NCBI GenBank assembly: GCA_002497245.1
Contig: DANB01000011.1
Location: forward strand, 60,612 to 124,611
Direction of reading: 5' to 3'
DNA: 64,000 nt
Source: Euryarchaeota archaeon UBA439
Lineage (GTDB): Archaea > Thermoplasmatota > Poseidoniia > Poseidoniales > Thalassarchaeaceae
In this document: one piece after another, positions 8,915 through 17,906 of the stretch
How positions within the stretch are numbered: the stretch's first letter is position 1
Layout: each line of letters starts with the position of its first letter
Notes under the pieces: generated by a model
Told to the model about the DNA's origin: nothing
What the model saw: the letters and a program-made list of their open reading frames with translations, nothing else
Database searches by the model: none
Program-made: the position numbers and the translations under genes

Positions 8915-10333
8915 ATGCATACACGAGACCAACTGTATATCGATGGGAAATGGGTTCTACCAATGGGAACTGGAAATATAGATGTAATTAACCCTGCAAC
9001 GGAAGAAATAATTGGAAAAATTCCAGTTGGTTCCGTAGAAGATATTGACAAAGCAGCTTCTGCTGCAAGAATTGCTTTTGAGTCTTGGTCAAAAAGTAGT
9101 ATAGAATCGAGGATAGATATTCTGAATGCCCTCTCAAATGCACTGAAGGAAAGAGGAGAAGAGATTGCTCAGACTATTACTGCTGAGGTAGGCACTCCTA
9201 TTGGTTATTCTAGAGTTGCAATGGTAGGTACACCAAGAGTTGTGTCTAGGAGTTATGCAAAAATTCTAGAAAATTTTGATTGGGAAGAAAAAGTAAGAAA
9301 CTCAATTATTTGTAAAGAACCGATTGGAGTTTGCGCATTTATTACACCTTGGAATTTTCCTCTACACCAGATAATTGGTAAAGTTGCTCCTGCAATTGCT
9401 GCTGGATGTACAATGATATTAAAACCATCAAAGGAAGCCCCATTAAGTGCATTTATTTTAGCAGATATTTTACATGAAATAGGATTACCTCCTGGAGTTT
9501 TTAATTTAGTTTCGGGACACGGGTCTGAAATTGGGAATTATATGTCGAGTCATCCGGAAGTAGATATGGTCTCATTCACCGGTTCAACAGGAGCTGGAGT
9601 TTCTGTAAGTGAAGCCGCAGCACCTACAGTCAAGAGAGTAACATTAGAGCTAGGCGGTAAAAGTGCGAATGTGGCCCTAGATGATGCAGACCCGATTTTA
9701 GTAGCAAAAAAAGCCATAGGGGCTTGCCATCAAAATAGCGGACAAACATGTTCAGCATTAACCAGACTTATTATCCCAGAGTCTATGAGTAATGAAGTTT
9801 ACAAAATTATAGCGGAAAAAAATAATTCTTACCATCCGGGTGATCCTTTAGAAGAAAATACAAGATGTGGGCCTATGGTAAGTTTAAGACAACAAAAAAG
9901 TGTTAGTAAATATATTGAATCTGGAATTAATGAAGGTGCTACTTTGATTTCTGGTGGTCTAGGAATGCCTGAAGGTATTTCCAAAGGATTTTATGTGAAG
10001 CCAACTATATTCGCAAATGTAACTACTGAAATGAAAATCTGGAAGGAGGAGATTTTTGGCCCTGTTTTGGTGATTACAACTTATAAAAATGAAAAAGAGG
10101 CTCTTATGTTAGCAAATGACTCAATATATGGTCTATCCGGAGGAGTCTGGTCTAAGGATGAAGAACGAGCGATAAGATTCGCTAAAAAAATGAGAACGGG
10201 TCAGGTGAGTGTAAATGGAGGGGCATTCAATGTTAGTGCACCTTTTGGCGGATACAAGCTTTCAGGTAATGGAAGAGAACTTGGCACGCATGGGCTTAAT
10301 GAGTTTCTAGAAATTAAATCAATTCAGCTTTAA
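8915..10333 (+). CDS. NAD(P)-dependent aldehyde dehydrogenase
   Basis: ALDH family hallmarks FTGSTGAG, catalytic ELGGKS and GQTCSA. Confidence 0.85.
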   Translation: MHTRDQLYIDGKWVLPMGTGNIDVINPATEEIIGKIPVGSVEDIDKAASAARIAFESWSKSSIESRIDILNALSNALKERGEEIAQTITAEVGTPIGYSRVAMVGTPRVVSRSYAKILENFDWEEKVRNSIICKEPIGVCAFITPWNFPLHQIIGKVAPAIAAGCTMILKPSKEAPLSAFILADILHEIGLPPGVFNLVSGHGSEIGNYMSSHPEVDMVSFTGSTGAGVSVSEAAAPTVKRVTLELGGKSANVALDDADPILVAKKAIGACHQNSGQTCSALTRLIIPESMSNEVYKIIAEKNNSYHPGDPLEENTRCGPMVSLRQQKSVSKYIESGINEGATLISGGLGMPEGISKGFYVKPTIFANVTTEMKIWKEEIFGPVLVITTYKNEKEALMLANDSIYGLSGGVWSKDEERAIRFAKKMRTGQVSVNGGAFNVSAPFGGYKLSGNGRELGTHGLNEFLEIKSIQL

Positions 10334-10347
10334 AAAATTGTTATTTA

Positions 10348-11184
10348 TTATTTACCGAGCCATTTAGGAGATTCACGATTTAGGAAAGCATTCACACCTA
10401 TTTCTTTGTCTTCAGTGTCAAATAAAGCCACAAATTCAGACCTCTCCATACGTACACCTTCACTAAAAGGTAGATCAAGAGACGCCCTTACTGCACGTTT
10501 TGCAACTTTTGTAGTATAGGGGGACTTTTTGGCAATATTTTCTGCCAATTTCATAGTAGTTTCTTTAAGATCTTCAGGAGTTGTTACTGAATTGATTAAA
10601 CCACAAGAAAGTGCTTTTTCAGAATCAATCATATCTCCTGTAAGGACCATTTCTAGTGCCTTCCCATATCCAATTAATCTACATAATCTCTGAGTGCCTC
10701 CACCACCTGGAATTAAACCTAGATTTATCTCAGGGGTCCCAAATTTCGACCTATTAGAGGCAATTCTGATATCGCAAGAAAGTGCTAATTCAGTACCTCC
10801 TCCCAAAGCAAATCCATCAATCATAGCTATGGTTGGTTTGGAAAGATTCCATACTTTTTCCCATGCATTATCTTCAAAGAAGGGTCTGACATCATCTGAA
10901 TTTTTACCAACAAATTCGGAAATATCTGCGCCTGCAGCGAAGGAATGTGGTTTCGGTTTCTTACCATCTAGAGGTGGATTTGGTGGAGCACCTGTGATAA
11001 TAATAACTCTAATTAAATCATTATATTCAGCCAAATCACAGGCTTCTTTCAATGCTTTATGAGAATCAGAATTTAACGAGTTTAATTTATCAGGTCGATT
11101 TAAGGTCCAAACAGATACAAGCCCTCCCTCTGGAAAAGTACCTTCAATCGGAATGTTTTCTATTAGCAGGGTATCATCATTCAT
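10348..11184 (-). CDS. Enoyl-CoA hydratase/isomerase (crotonase family)
   Basis: Crotonase motifs GFALGGGTELALSCDIRIA and GTPEINLGLIPGGGGTQRL. Confidence 0.8.
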   Translation of the reverse strand: MNDDTLLIENIPIEGTFPEGGLVSVWTLNRPDKLNSLNSDSHKALKEACDLAEYNDLIRVIIITGAPPNPPLDGKKPKPHSFAAGADISEFVGKNSDDVRPFFEDNAWEKVWNLSKPTIAMIDGFALGGGTELALSCDIRIASNRSKFGTPEINLGLIPGGGGTQRLCRLIGYGKALEMVLTGDMIDSEKALSCGLINSVTTPEDLKETTMKLAENIAKKSPYTTKVAKRAVRASLDLPFSEGVRMERSEFVALFDTEDKEIGVNAFLNRESPKWLGK

Positions 11185-11231
11185 ACTTTACCGAAGAAGA
11201 ACGAATGTTTGAATATACGGTTAACCCAATT

Positions 11232-12239
11232 TCATTCTTTTTCTAACTCAGGAGGAGAAATAGGAGGGAAACCCGGAGGAGGAGGCATAGGAGGAAGCCC
11301 AGGAGGAGGAGGCATAGGAGGAAGTCCAGGTGGAGATGGAATTTCATTATTTATTAGTAAAGTATCTGACTCTATTTTCTCATCTGTTTGACTTCTACTC
11401 TCTACAACTAGAGGGATAGTTAATTTCAATATTCTTGTATTATCTATCCTTACATAAGATACACCAAGAGGCTTGGAATCATCATATTCTTCAGATTCTT
11501 CAAGTATTGTAAGTCCATGATTTGGATCATCCAATAAACTAGCAAGATCTTCACCATCTTCAACTTCAGTCCATAAACGAGCTTTTGCGGCTCTTCTTTC
11601 AGCTAAGGCCATTCTTCTCTTCCTCTCCAAACTCGAACGGATTTCTGCTTGTCTGGACCTTCGCTGATCAACAAAATCTTCTATTTCAGATTCCATCTCC
11701 GATTGAGCATCAGAAGTAATAACTAACTTTTTAGCAAGTTTAGTACCATCTGCAGCTTCTACATTGCCTAGAGGAAGAGGGGGCATGGGAGGTGGCACAT
11801 CTTCGGTATTCTCTACAATAAGAGATTCTGCGGATGGTACTGGCATAGGAGGTAATGGTGGCGGACTGAAATTTCTTTTTTTGCGACTACGCTCAAGTTT
11901 ATCTTCATTCTCTAAATTAACAACTTCTAATTCTTCTACAGTGTTGATTGGAATATTTGGAATTTCTGTCTTTTCAATTATAGGCTCATTATCAATGATT
12001 TTAGGAGGTGGAGAAACCAGTTTTTGATTACCAGTAAACATCAATATCGCCAATATAGACAATAGAACAACTCCTCCTGCTACAGAAGAAATTAAGTCCA
12101 GCCTTCCTTGAAAAATAAAAAACAAAATAAAACCGAAAAATAAAGAAAACCAACCAGTTATTCTAATTAAAGACGGCATAATATCATCTCTGCGAGTGGG
12201 GGCCCTATCTTCACTTTGACGGAGGTTTGAGCTCTTCAT
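11232..12239 (-). CDS. Membrane protein with proline-rich (PPxLPPMPPPP) repeats and a charged coiled-coil segment
   Basis: Two N-terminal TM helices and internal PPPLPPMPVP / PPPMPPLPLG motifs. The C-terminus reads PPGLPPMPPPPGLPPMPPPPGFPPISPP, encoded by a 27-bp tandem DNA repeat. Start may be the downstream Met at 12179. Confidence 0.55.
   Translation of the reverse strand: MKSSNLRQSEDRAPTRRDDIMPSLIRITGWFSLFFGFILFFIFQGRLDLISSVAGGVVLLSILAILMFTGNQKLVSPPPKIIDNEPIIEKTEIPNIPINTVEELEVVNLENEDKLERSRKKRNFSPPPLPPMPVPSAESLIVENTEDVPPPMPPLPLGNVEAADGTKLAKKLVITSDAQSEMESEIEDFVDQRRSRQAEIRSSLERKRRMALAERRAAKARLWTEVEDGEDLASLLDDPNHGLTILEESEEYDDSKPLGVSYVRIDNTRILKLTIPLVVESRSQTDEKIESDTLLINNEIPSPPGLPPMPPPPGLPPMPPPPGFPPISPPELEKE
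11272..11340. repeat. Tandem 26/27-bp repeat (cccRgaggaggaggcataggaggaag x2, plus partial third copy)
   Basis: Directly visible in the sequence. It encodes the PPGLPPMPP repeats at the C-terminus of the 11232-12239 protein. Confidence 0.8.
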
Positions 12240-12813
12240 AAAGAATCCTTAGAGACTTCCCTCTGTGTGATTTAGATGCTTTTTCATTTTCGGATATTTC
12301 ACCAAAAGTACGACCATCGCCGGATTCAGGGATAAATATTGGATCAAAACCAAAGCCGTTTGTACCTTTAATCTGAGTTGAAATACTACCAGAACAAACG
12401 CCTAATGCACGAAAATATTCTCCGTTTTTATATAAAATCGAGTAGGCACGGAATTCAGCATTACGATTAGACTTGTCAGCAAGAAGATTGATAATTCCCT
12501 CATTTCCGATAGTTTTTGAGATATAAGATGAATAAACTCCAGGGAAATCATTCAAAGATTCAATAAATAAGCCTGAGTCTTCAACTAACAAAGCATGATT
12601 TTCGAACTCAGTTTCGGAAATTAATTCTAAAGCTTGTTGAATTTTAAGTTCGGAAACATCAGATATCGAAGAAGATTGGGGTTCTATAAATTCTGGAGGC
12701 AGGCCATTTACAAGAAACTGTTCAACTTCATATCCTAAGTTAGATAGTATCGCATTTGCCTCAATGACTTTATTTCGATTACTAGTAAGAAAAAGTACCT
12801 TCATAAAAATCAC
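12211..12813 (-). CDS. rdgB: Non-canonical purine NTP pyrophosphatase (RdgB/HAM1, ITPase family)
   Basis: N-terminal TSNRNKV motif plus FGFDPIF and SHRGKSL motifs typical of HAM1/RdgB. Confidence 0.75.
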   Translation of the reverse strand: MIFMKVLFLTSNRNKVIEANAILSNLGYEVEQFLVNGLPPEFIEPQSSSISDVSELKIQQALELISETEFENHALLVEDSGLFIESLNDFPGVYSSYISKTIGNEGIINLLADKSNRNAEFRAYSILYKNGEYFRALGVCSGSISTQIKGTNGFGFDPIFIPESGDGRTFGEISENEKASKSHRGKSLRILYEELKPPSK

Positions 12814-12819
12814 TAACTT

Positions 12820-13500
12820 CTAAGCATGATACCTTACTCTTCCTCTAATGGAGTTGAATCTTTCAATGACATCTGATCCTGAAGGAGTAAAATCATTAGA
12901 AGAATTAGAAAGATATCCCTCAATCATTGATTCAATTGCATTATTCTCTTCATAGTGACTTGCATTGAGGCATTCGTGTAAAACTTGTAAATCAAGTCCC
13001 AAATGTTCAATCTCAGGTGAAATCTTAGAAAGGCCAAAATCAATTATTGTTAAGTCTCCATCATCGCTAATAATCACATTATGTGTAGTTAAATCACCAT
13101 GGGATATCCCTAATTCATGTAATTGACGAATTAAACCGCCGAATTTTTTAATTTGTTTGTTATCGGATTTACCATTCAATAAAGATTCGTACAAAGTTAC
13201 GCCTTCTACTTCGGATAAAATAATCCAACCTTCATCTATATCAACATCAAATAAGGAAGGAGAAGATATCTCTGTAGAATGTAGTTTTGTTAATACTCTA
13301 ACTTCTACAGATAATCTTTGACGTGTTAATCTTCTATCTAAATCGGGATGACGATATGAACGAAGATTGCGTTTCTTTAAAATTGCCTTATCACCCATCC
13401 AATATCCCGAAAATACCGTGGCTTCAGCCCCCTGATGAATCATTTTGGAAGTTTTCCATAATGGCACAGACTCATCATCCATGTGTACCGGAGGTGACAT
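12820..13500 (-). CDS. bud32: Bud32/PRPK-type atypical protein kinase (KEOPS component)
   Basis: Catalytic loop HGDLTTHNVII and DFGLS motif. Start chosen at the internal Met (MSPPV...). The longer ORF to 13683 would overlap the nadA promoter region. Confidence 0.65.
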   Translation of the reverse strand: MSPPVHMDDESVPLWKTSKMIHQGAEATVFSGYWMGDKAILKKRNLRSYRHPDLDRRLTRQRLSVEVRVLTKLHSTEISSPSLFDVDIDEGWIILSEVEGVTLYESLLNGKSDNKQIKKFGGLIRQLHELGISHGDLTTHNVIISDDGDLTIIDFGLSKISPEIEHLGLDLQVLHECLNASHYEENNAIESMIEGYLSNSSNDFTPSGSDVIERFNSIRGRVRYHA

Positions 13501-13540
13501 ACCTTGAAAGAGGTTAAACCTGACCAATGAGTGAAACCAC

Positions 13541-14629
13541 ATGTCTATGGGCCTACCAAATATGCCTAGAAACCAAGAAAAGGTAATGCCTAGGCTATAT
13601 TCAGAAGAGAGAATTGAAGAAGAAGCAAAGAGGCTTTTAAATGCAATAAAACAACCAGAAAGGTGGACTCTAGAACACTGCAAATCAATAGCCGCATATA
13701 CTTTAGAAATTAATGAATTAAAAAAACAAAAAGATGTTTATCTAATCGCTCATTCTTATCAAACACCGGATATTATCTACGGAGTAGCAGATGAAGTTTC
13801 GGATAGTTATTCTCTCTCTAAATCTGCTAGAGATGCTAAACAGCAGATAATTCTTTTCTCTAGTGTGAGATTTATGGCAGAAACTGCAAAAATACTCAGT
13901 CCGGACAAATTAGTAATACACCCATCGCCTGAAGCTGGTTGCTCATTATCAGAAAGTATTACTGCAGAAGATGTCAAAAAATTGAGAAGAAAATATCCAG
14001 GAGTGCCAGTAGCTTGTTACATTAATACTACAGCGGAAGTTAAAGCCGAAGTGGACGTATGTGTAACCAGTAGCAACTATCTGAAAATATGTGAAAATCT
14101 GCCCGGAGATAAATTAATCTTTGTACCAGATAGATTTATGGGTGAGCACTTACAAAAATCACTAGCCGGAAAGAAAGAAGTTGTTATTTATGATGGAGAA
14201 TGTGAAGTTCATGCATTATTTACCGGAGAGAAAATCCTTTCTTGGAGAGAAAGAGCAGATAAGGCAGGAATTGATCTTCAAGTTCTAAGTCATCCTGAAT
14301 GTTCTGCTGACGTATTAGAAGAAAGTGATTTCATAGGCAGTAGTGAAGTCTTAATCAAAGAATCAATTAGATTAGGTAAGGAAGGAAAAAATAACATCAT
14401 GCTGATTACCGAATGTGGAACTGCGGACAGAGTATTGGCAGAAACCAATGATGAATTGAATATTATTGGAACATGTGTAATGTGTAAACATATGAAAACA
14501 ACACTTCTAGAAGACATACTCCAATCATTGAGAAGCCCCAGAGATGATCAAATAATTCAATTAGAAGAGGAAGTTATTGAAAGGGCGAAATTTTCTCTTG
14601 ATGAGATGTTCAGATATGCTGAAGCCTAG
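13541..14629 (+). CDS. nadA: Quinolinate synthase NadA
   Basis: NadA-like motifs (LIAHSYQTPDIIYGVADEVSDSYSLS; FSSVRFMAETAKILSP; CVMCKHM). Confidence 0.75.
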   Translation: MSMGLPNMPRNQEKVMPRLYSEERIEEEAKRLLNAIKQPERWTLEHCKSIAAYTLEINELKKQKDVYLIAHSYQTPDIIYGVADEVSDSYSLSKSARDAKQQIILFSSVRFMAETAKILSPDKLVIHPSPEAGCSLSESITAEDVKKLRRKYPGVPVACYINTTAEVKAEVDVCVTSSNYLKICENLPGDKLIFVPDRFMGEHLQKSLAGKKEVVIYDGECEVHALFTGEKILSWRERADKAGIDLQVLSHPECSADVLEESDFIGSSEVLIKESIRLGKEGKNNIMLITECGTADRVLAETNDELNIIGTCVMCKHMKTTLLEDILQSLRSPRDDQIIQLEEEVIERAKFSLDEMFRYAEA

Positions 14630-16719
14630 TTACTTACTCTTTTCTCAATAGCTGCTTGATGAGATAATAGCAGCAATAATGGAATCAACATCAATATTGC
14701 TGATTGTAATACAACAGAGGAATACTCTTCAAAGGTCTTTTCAAGAGAATATATCACTAGCTCTGAGTCTCCATTTTCATCAATCTCAATCCATGTTACA
14801 CCATTATCAAGTACATGAGGATTTTCTTGATCTAAATCATCAAGAGTAATCTGAATACGGCCATTATTGTCATCAATATGCCATAAGAATACTTCTCTGT
14901 TAAAATTTTCAGGGTCTAAATTTATAGGAGGGGAAGTAATTGGTCGCTGTAAAAATGCAATATAATTTCCTTCAATGCTGGGAGATTCTGATGGCCATAG
15001 AGGATTAGAAATCATTTCTTGATTTCCCGTTAAAGCATCTACTAAGATTAAACGATTGAGAGGACCTACATCAACTAAAACAACTATCAAACTTCCTTCC
15101 ATTTCAATATCAATAATTGTTGAGTTATTATAATCTACTGGAATCTCATATATTCTTTCAAGATATTCATCATTAAGCTCATTCGAGAAATTTTCAATTA
15201 AAATATTAATCTCAATCCCTGGATTAAATGGTGTTGTGACGTTAATAATTGGGCCATTAGTCGTATTATATGCGGAAGCAAATAATTGTCCTGAGCCTTC
15301 AATTGCAGTTAAACCTTGGATGTTATCGGAAGAAATTAATTCTTCGTCTAGAACATTTATTATTTCCATTGTATTATTCTTGACTATGACTAAACATGGT
15401 TGACCTTGATTGTTCTCAATAATAGAAACTCTATCTAATTCACCATTATTCGTGAGACTAAATATAGGCTCAAAAACTTCAATAGATGAATTGTTTAGTT
15501 GGAAAAAATCTAAGTTTGATCCATCAAAAAGTATGAGATTATTATTTGATAACTCAATTTGAGGAGGAGATGTCCAATTATTTCCTTCAATAATTGCCTC
15601 TTTCTCAGTACTTACATTCCATAACTTGATTGTTATTTCATCGTCAATATCCTCAACTCCGACTACCCATCCCTCTGAACCAGCGGCATTTGTTGGATTG
15701 ACGCCCTCAATCGGGAAATCTTGATGAGTTGCGTCCCACAATAACACTCCACCTGTTAAAAGTAATACTGCGGCAATAAATGCTTTTGTTTGACTGGAAC
15801 TAGGTTTTTGTATAGGTTGGAAGAATTTTTTAGTAATAATCCAGGACTCAGAGAACCATTTCTTGGGATTATCAATTGCTCGAGCTAATCTTCTTGAAAA
15901 CAATCTTTCATCAGCGAATTGCCAGATTGGAGTATGTGTCTTAGCCGTAATTTCAACAGCAAACATAGCAACAATAATTCCGCCAATAATGTCCGAAACC
16001 CAATGAATACCGAGATAGATTATTGTAAAAGCAGTTATTACAATAAAAAGTAGCAGTAACCTCCTATATCTTAACCATCGTTCATCGGAATCCCATCTTT
16101 CCATAGTTAACCAAATTGCAAAAGGAAGTCCAATATGTAAGCTAGGCATACCATTAGTGAAGGGGTCAATCTGTATGAACCAGTTATGAATCTCTGGAGT
16201 TAAATCATAAGCTATTGTTTCCATCTCAGGGATATAATTTCCTGTAACTCTGACATTAAAAAATAAATAGAATGGTATAGCTAAAATATAGACCCAAAAC
16301 ATTGACAGAGATACTCTATCTGCCATATATCTATCATCAAAAAATATTGGATATATGAAAGAAGAAAAAGTTACAGCCATAAATCCCATAACATAGAAAT
16401 GTGTTAAACTAAAAGACAATAAAGAATTATTCAATGAATCTTGTACCCACCAAACAATATCTCCTTCAATCGCATAAATATAGGGTGTCATATCCAATTG
16501 AGTATTAGCCATTAAAATTCTATCTAACTGATCTAGCAAATCTTTCCATAAATAAACAGAAAAAACTACTATCATGTGGGCCCAGTATCTTCTAAACATA
16601 TCAATGAAACCGGAAATTCGAATTTTAGCATAATCTGGCTTAAAAAATGGCATTAAAGAAAGACTAATTATGATAGCTCCAGTAATCCAAGTAAGATAAA
16701 TTCCACTCGCCACAGCCAT
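14626..16719 (-). CDS. Polytopic membrane protein with N-terminal PAP2-like domain fused to a large extracytoplasmic domain and a C-terminal TM anchor
   Basis: About six N-terminal TM helices. PAP2-like motifs PSLH (cf. PSGH) and HWVSDIIGG (cf. SRxxxxxHxxxD). The ~420-aa Asn/Ser-rich C-terminal region ends in a hydrophobic helix (LMLIPLLLLL). Confidence 0.4.
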   Translation of the reverse strand: MAVASGIYLTWITGAIIISLSLMPFFKPDYAKIRISGFIDMFRRYWAHMIVVFSVYLWKDLLDQLDRILMANTQLDMTPYIYAIEGDIVWWVQDSLNNSLLSFSLTHFYVMGFMAVTFSSFIYPIFFDDRYMADRVSLSMFWVYILAIPFYLFFNVRVTGNYIPEMETIAYDLTPEIHNWFIQIDPFTNGMPSLHIGLPFAIWLTMERWDSDERWLRYRRLLLLFIVITAFTIIYLGIHWVSDIIGGIIVAMFAVEITAKTHTPIWQFADERLFSRRLARAIDNPKKWFSESWIITKKFFQPIQKPSSSQTKAFIAAVLLLTGGVLLWDATHQDFPIEGVNPTNAAGSEGWVVGVEDIDDEITIKLWNVSTEKEAIIEGNNWTSPPQIELSNNNLILFDGSNLDFFQLNNSSIEVFEPIFSLTNNGELDRVSIIENNQGQPCLVIVKNNTMEIINVLDEELISSDNIQGLTAIEGSGQLFASAYNTTNGPIINVTTPFNPGIEINILIENFSNELNDEYLERIYEIPVDYNNSTIIDIEMEGSLIVVLVDVGPLNRLILVDALTGNQEMISNPLWPSESPSIEGNYIAFLQRPITSPPINLDPENFNREVFLWHIDDNNGRIQITLDDLDQENPHVLDNGVTWIEIDENGDSELVIYSLEKTFEEYSSVVLQSAILMLIPLLLLLSHQAAIEKRVSN

Positions 16720-16781
16720 ATTATCAATATGACTCGGAAAGACTACACGTCATGAAACTGACCCTTCTATGAAATAATCAT

Positions 16782-17825
16782 TTATGATATTCGAACTGTT
16801 GGACTGCTAGGAAGTTCTAATGATTCAACTACTTTTTCAACGATTTTATCAAAGGCCTCCGCGGTTGCTCCATCAGGCTCTGCTAATATTCGATGGACAC
16901 CGTCATCCCCTCCTCTAACAATTCCTGGATCAAAGGGGAGAGATCCCAAAAACGGCACTGAAAGGTTTTCTGCAGCATCTGAACCACCGCCACTTTTGAA
17001 AACATCCAATGTGATTGACCATTTACCCTCAGAATCGGAAACTGTCTCTATCATATTACCAGTTGGACCTTTCACTGAAACTTTGGTTTCAGGGTTGGTT
17101 ACTCCATCAATAGTATAACCACTCATGTTTTCTACCACTCCTATTATAGGAATCGAGATAGTTTTAGCAAAATTAATTGATTTTCTGCTATCTAGTAATG
17201 CTACTTCTTGAGGAGTAGTTACAATAACAACTCCATCAATTGTTGGTAGACTTTGAGAAACGGTAAGGGGCTCATCACTAGTTCCGGGAGGAAAATCAAT
17301 TATTAATGCATCAAGTTGACCCCATTCAACGTCTCCAATAAATTGATTTATTGCACCCAATTTTATTGGACCACGCCAAATTACAGGCTTATCAGGATCT
17401 TCAATTAAAAATGCCATGGAAATAACCTTAATTCCATGTGAACCTATAGCTGGATGGATTCTGCCATTTTCGACATGTAAATCTGAACCTTCCAAACCTA
17501 GCATTTTTGGAACATTTGGGCCAGTAATATCAATATCCATTATTCCGACTTTCTTACCCCTACGAGCTAAAGAAAGAGCCAAACCAGTAGCAACTGTAGA
17601 CTTACCAACTCCTCCTTTACCAGATAAAACCATTATCTTATGCTTAATATCTTGGTCTATTTTATTGATACGTAACTTCCTCTGCATTTGTTGATAAGCT
17701 TGTTCCATCTGAGCTTTTTGTTCAGTTGATGCCTCAGACTTCTCTTCTTTCTGTTCTGATTTGCCATGATGATGGCGAACCGGAGGTTCTGACATGATTA
17801 TTGCGTGTAGTAAACAATACTTCAA
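16782..17825 (-). CDS. Mrp/NBP35/ApbC-family P-loop ATPase (atypical: lacks the C-terminal CxxC motif)
   Basis: Deviant Walker A (LSGKGGVGKST) and an Mrp-like core. The usual ENMSxxxCPxCG segment is replaced by a Cys-free insertion. N-terminal His/Glu-rich extension. Confidence 0.65.
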   Translation of the reverse strand: MKYCLLHAIIMSEPPVRHHHGKSEQKEEKSEASTEQKAQMEQAYQQMQRKLRINKIDQDIKHKIMVLSGKGGVGKSTVATGLALSLARRGKKVGIMDIDITGPNVPKMLGLEGSDLHVENGRIHPAIGSHGIKVISMAFLIEDPDKPVIWRGPIKLGAINQFIGDVEWGQLDALIIDFPPGTSDEPLTVSQSLPTIDGVVIVTTPQEVALLDSRKSINFAKTISIPIIGVVENMSGYTIDGVTNPETKVSVKGPTGNMIETVSDSEGKWSITLDVFKSGGGSDAAENLSVPFLGSLPFDPGIVRGGDDGVHRILAEPDGATAEAFDKIVEKVVESLELPSSPTVRIS

Positions 17826-17906
17826 CCCTAGTGATGATTAATTAAACATTAGAGTAAAATAATCTATATTAGTTTAGTTCATTAAACTTGACCTCTTCGG
17901 AATAAT

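Noticed and set aside
11209-11391. 60-aa Gly-rich ORF (GGEIGGKPGGGGIGGSPGGG)
   Set aside because: Antisense reading of the proline-repeat region of the 11232-12239 gene, so an artefact of the tandem repeat.
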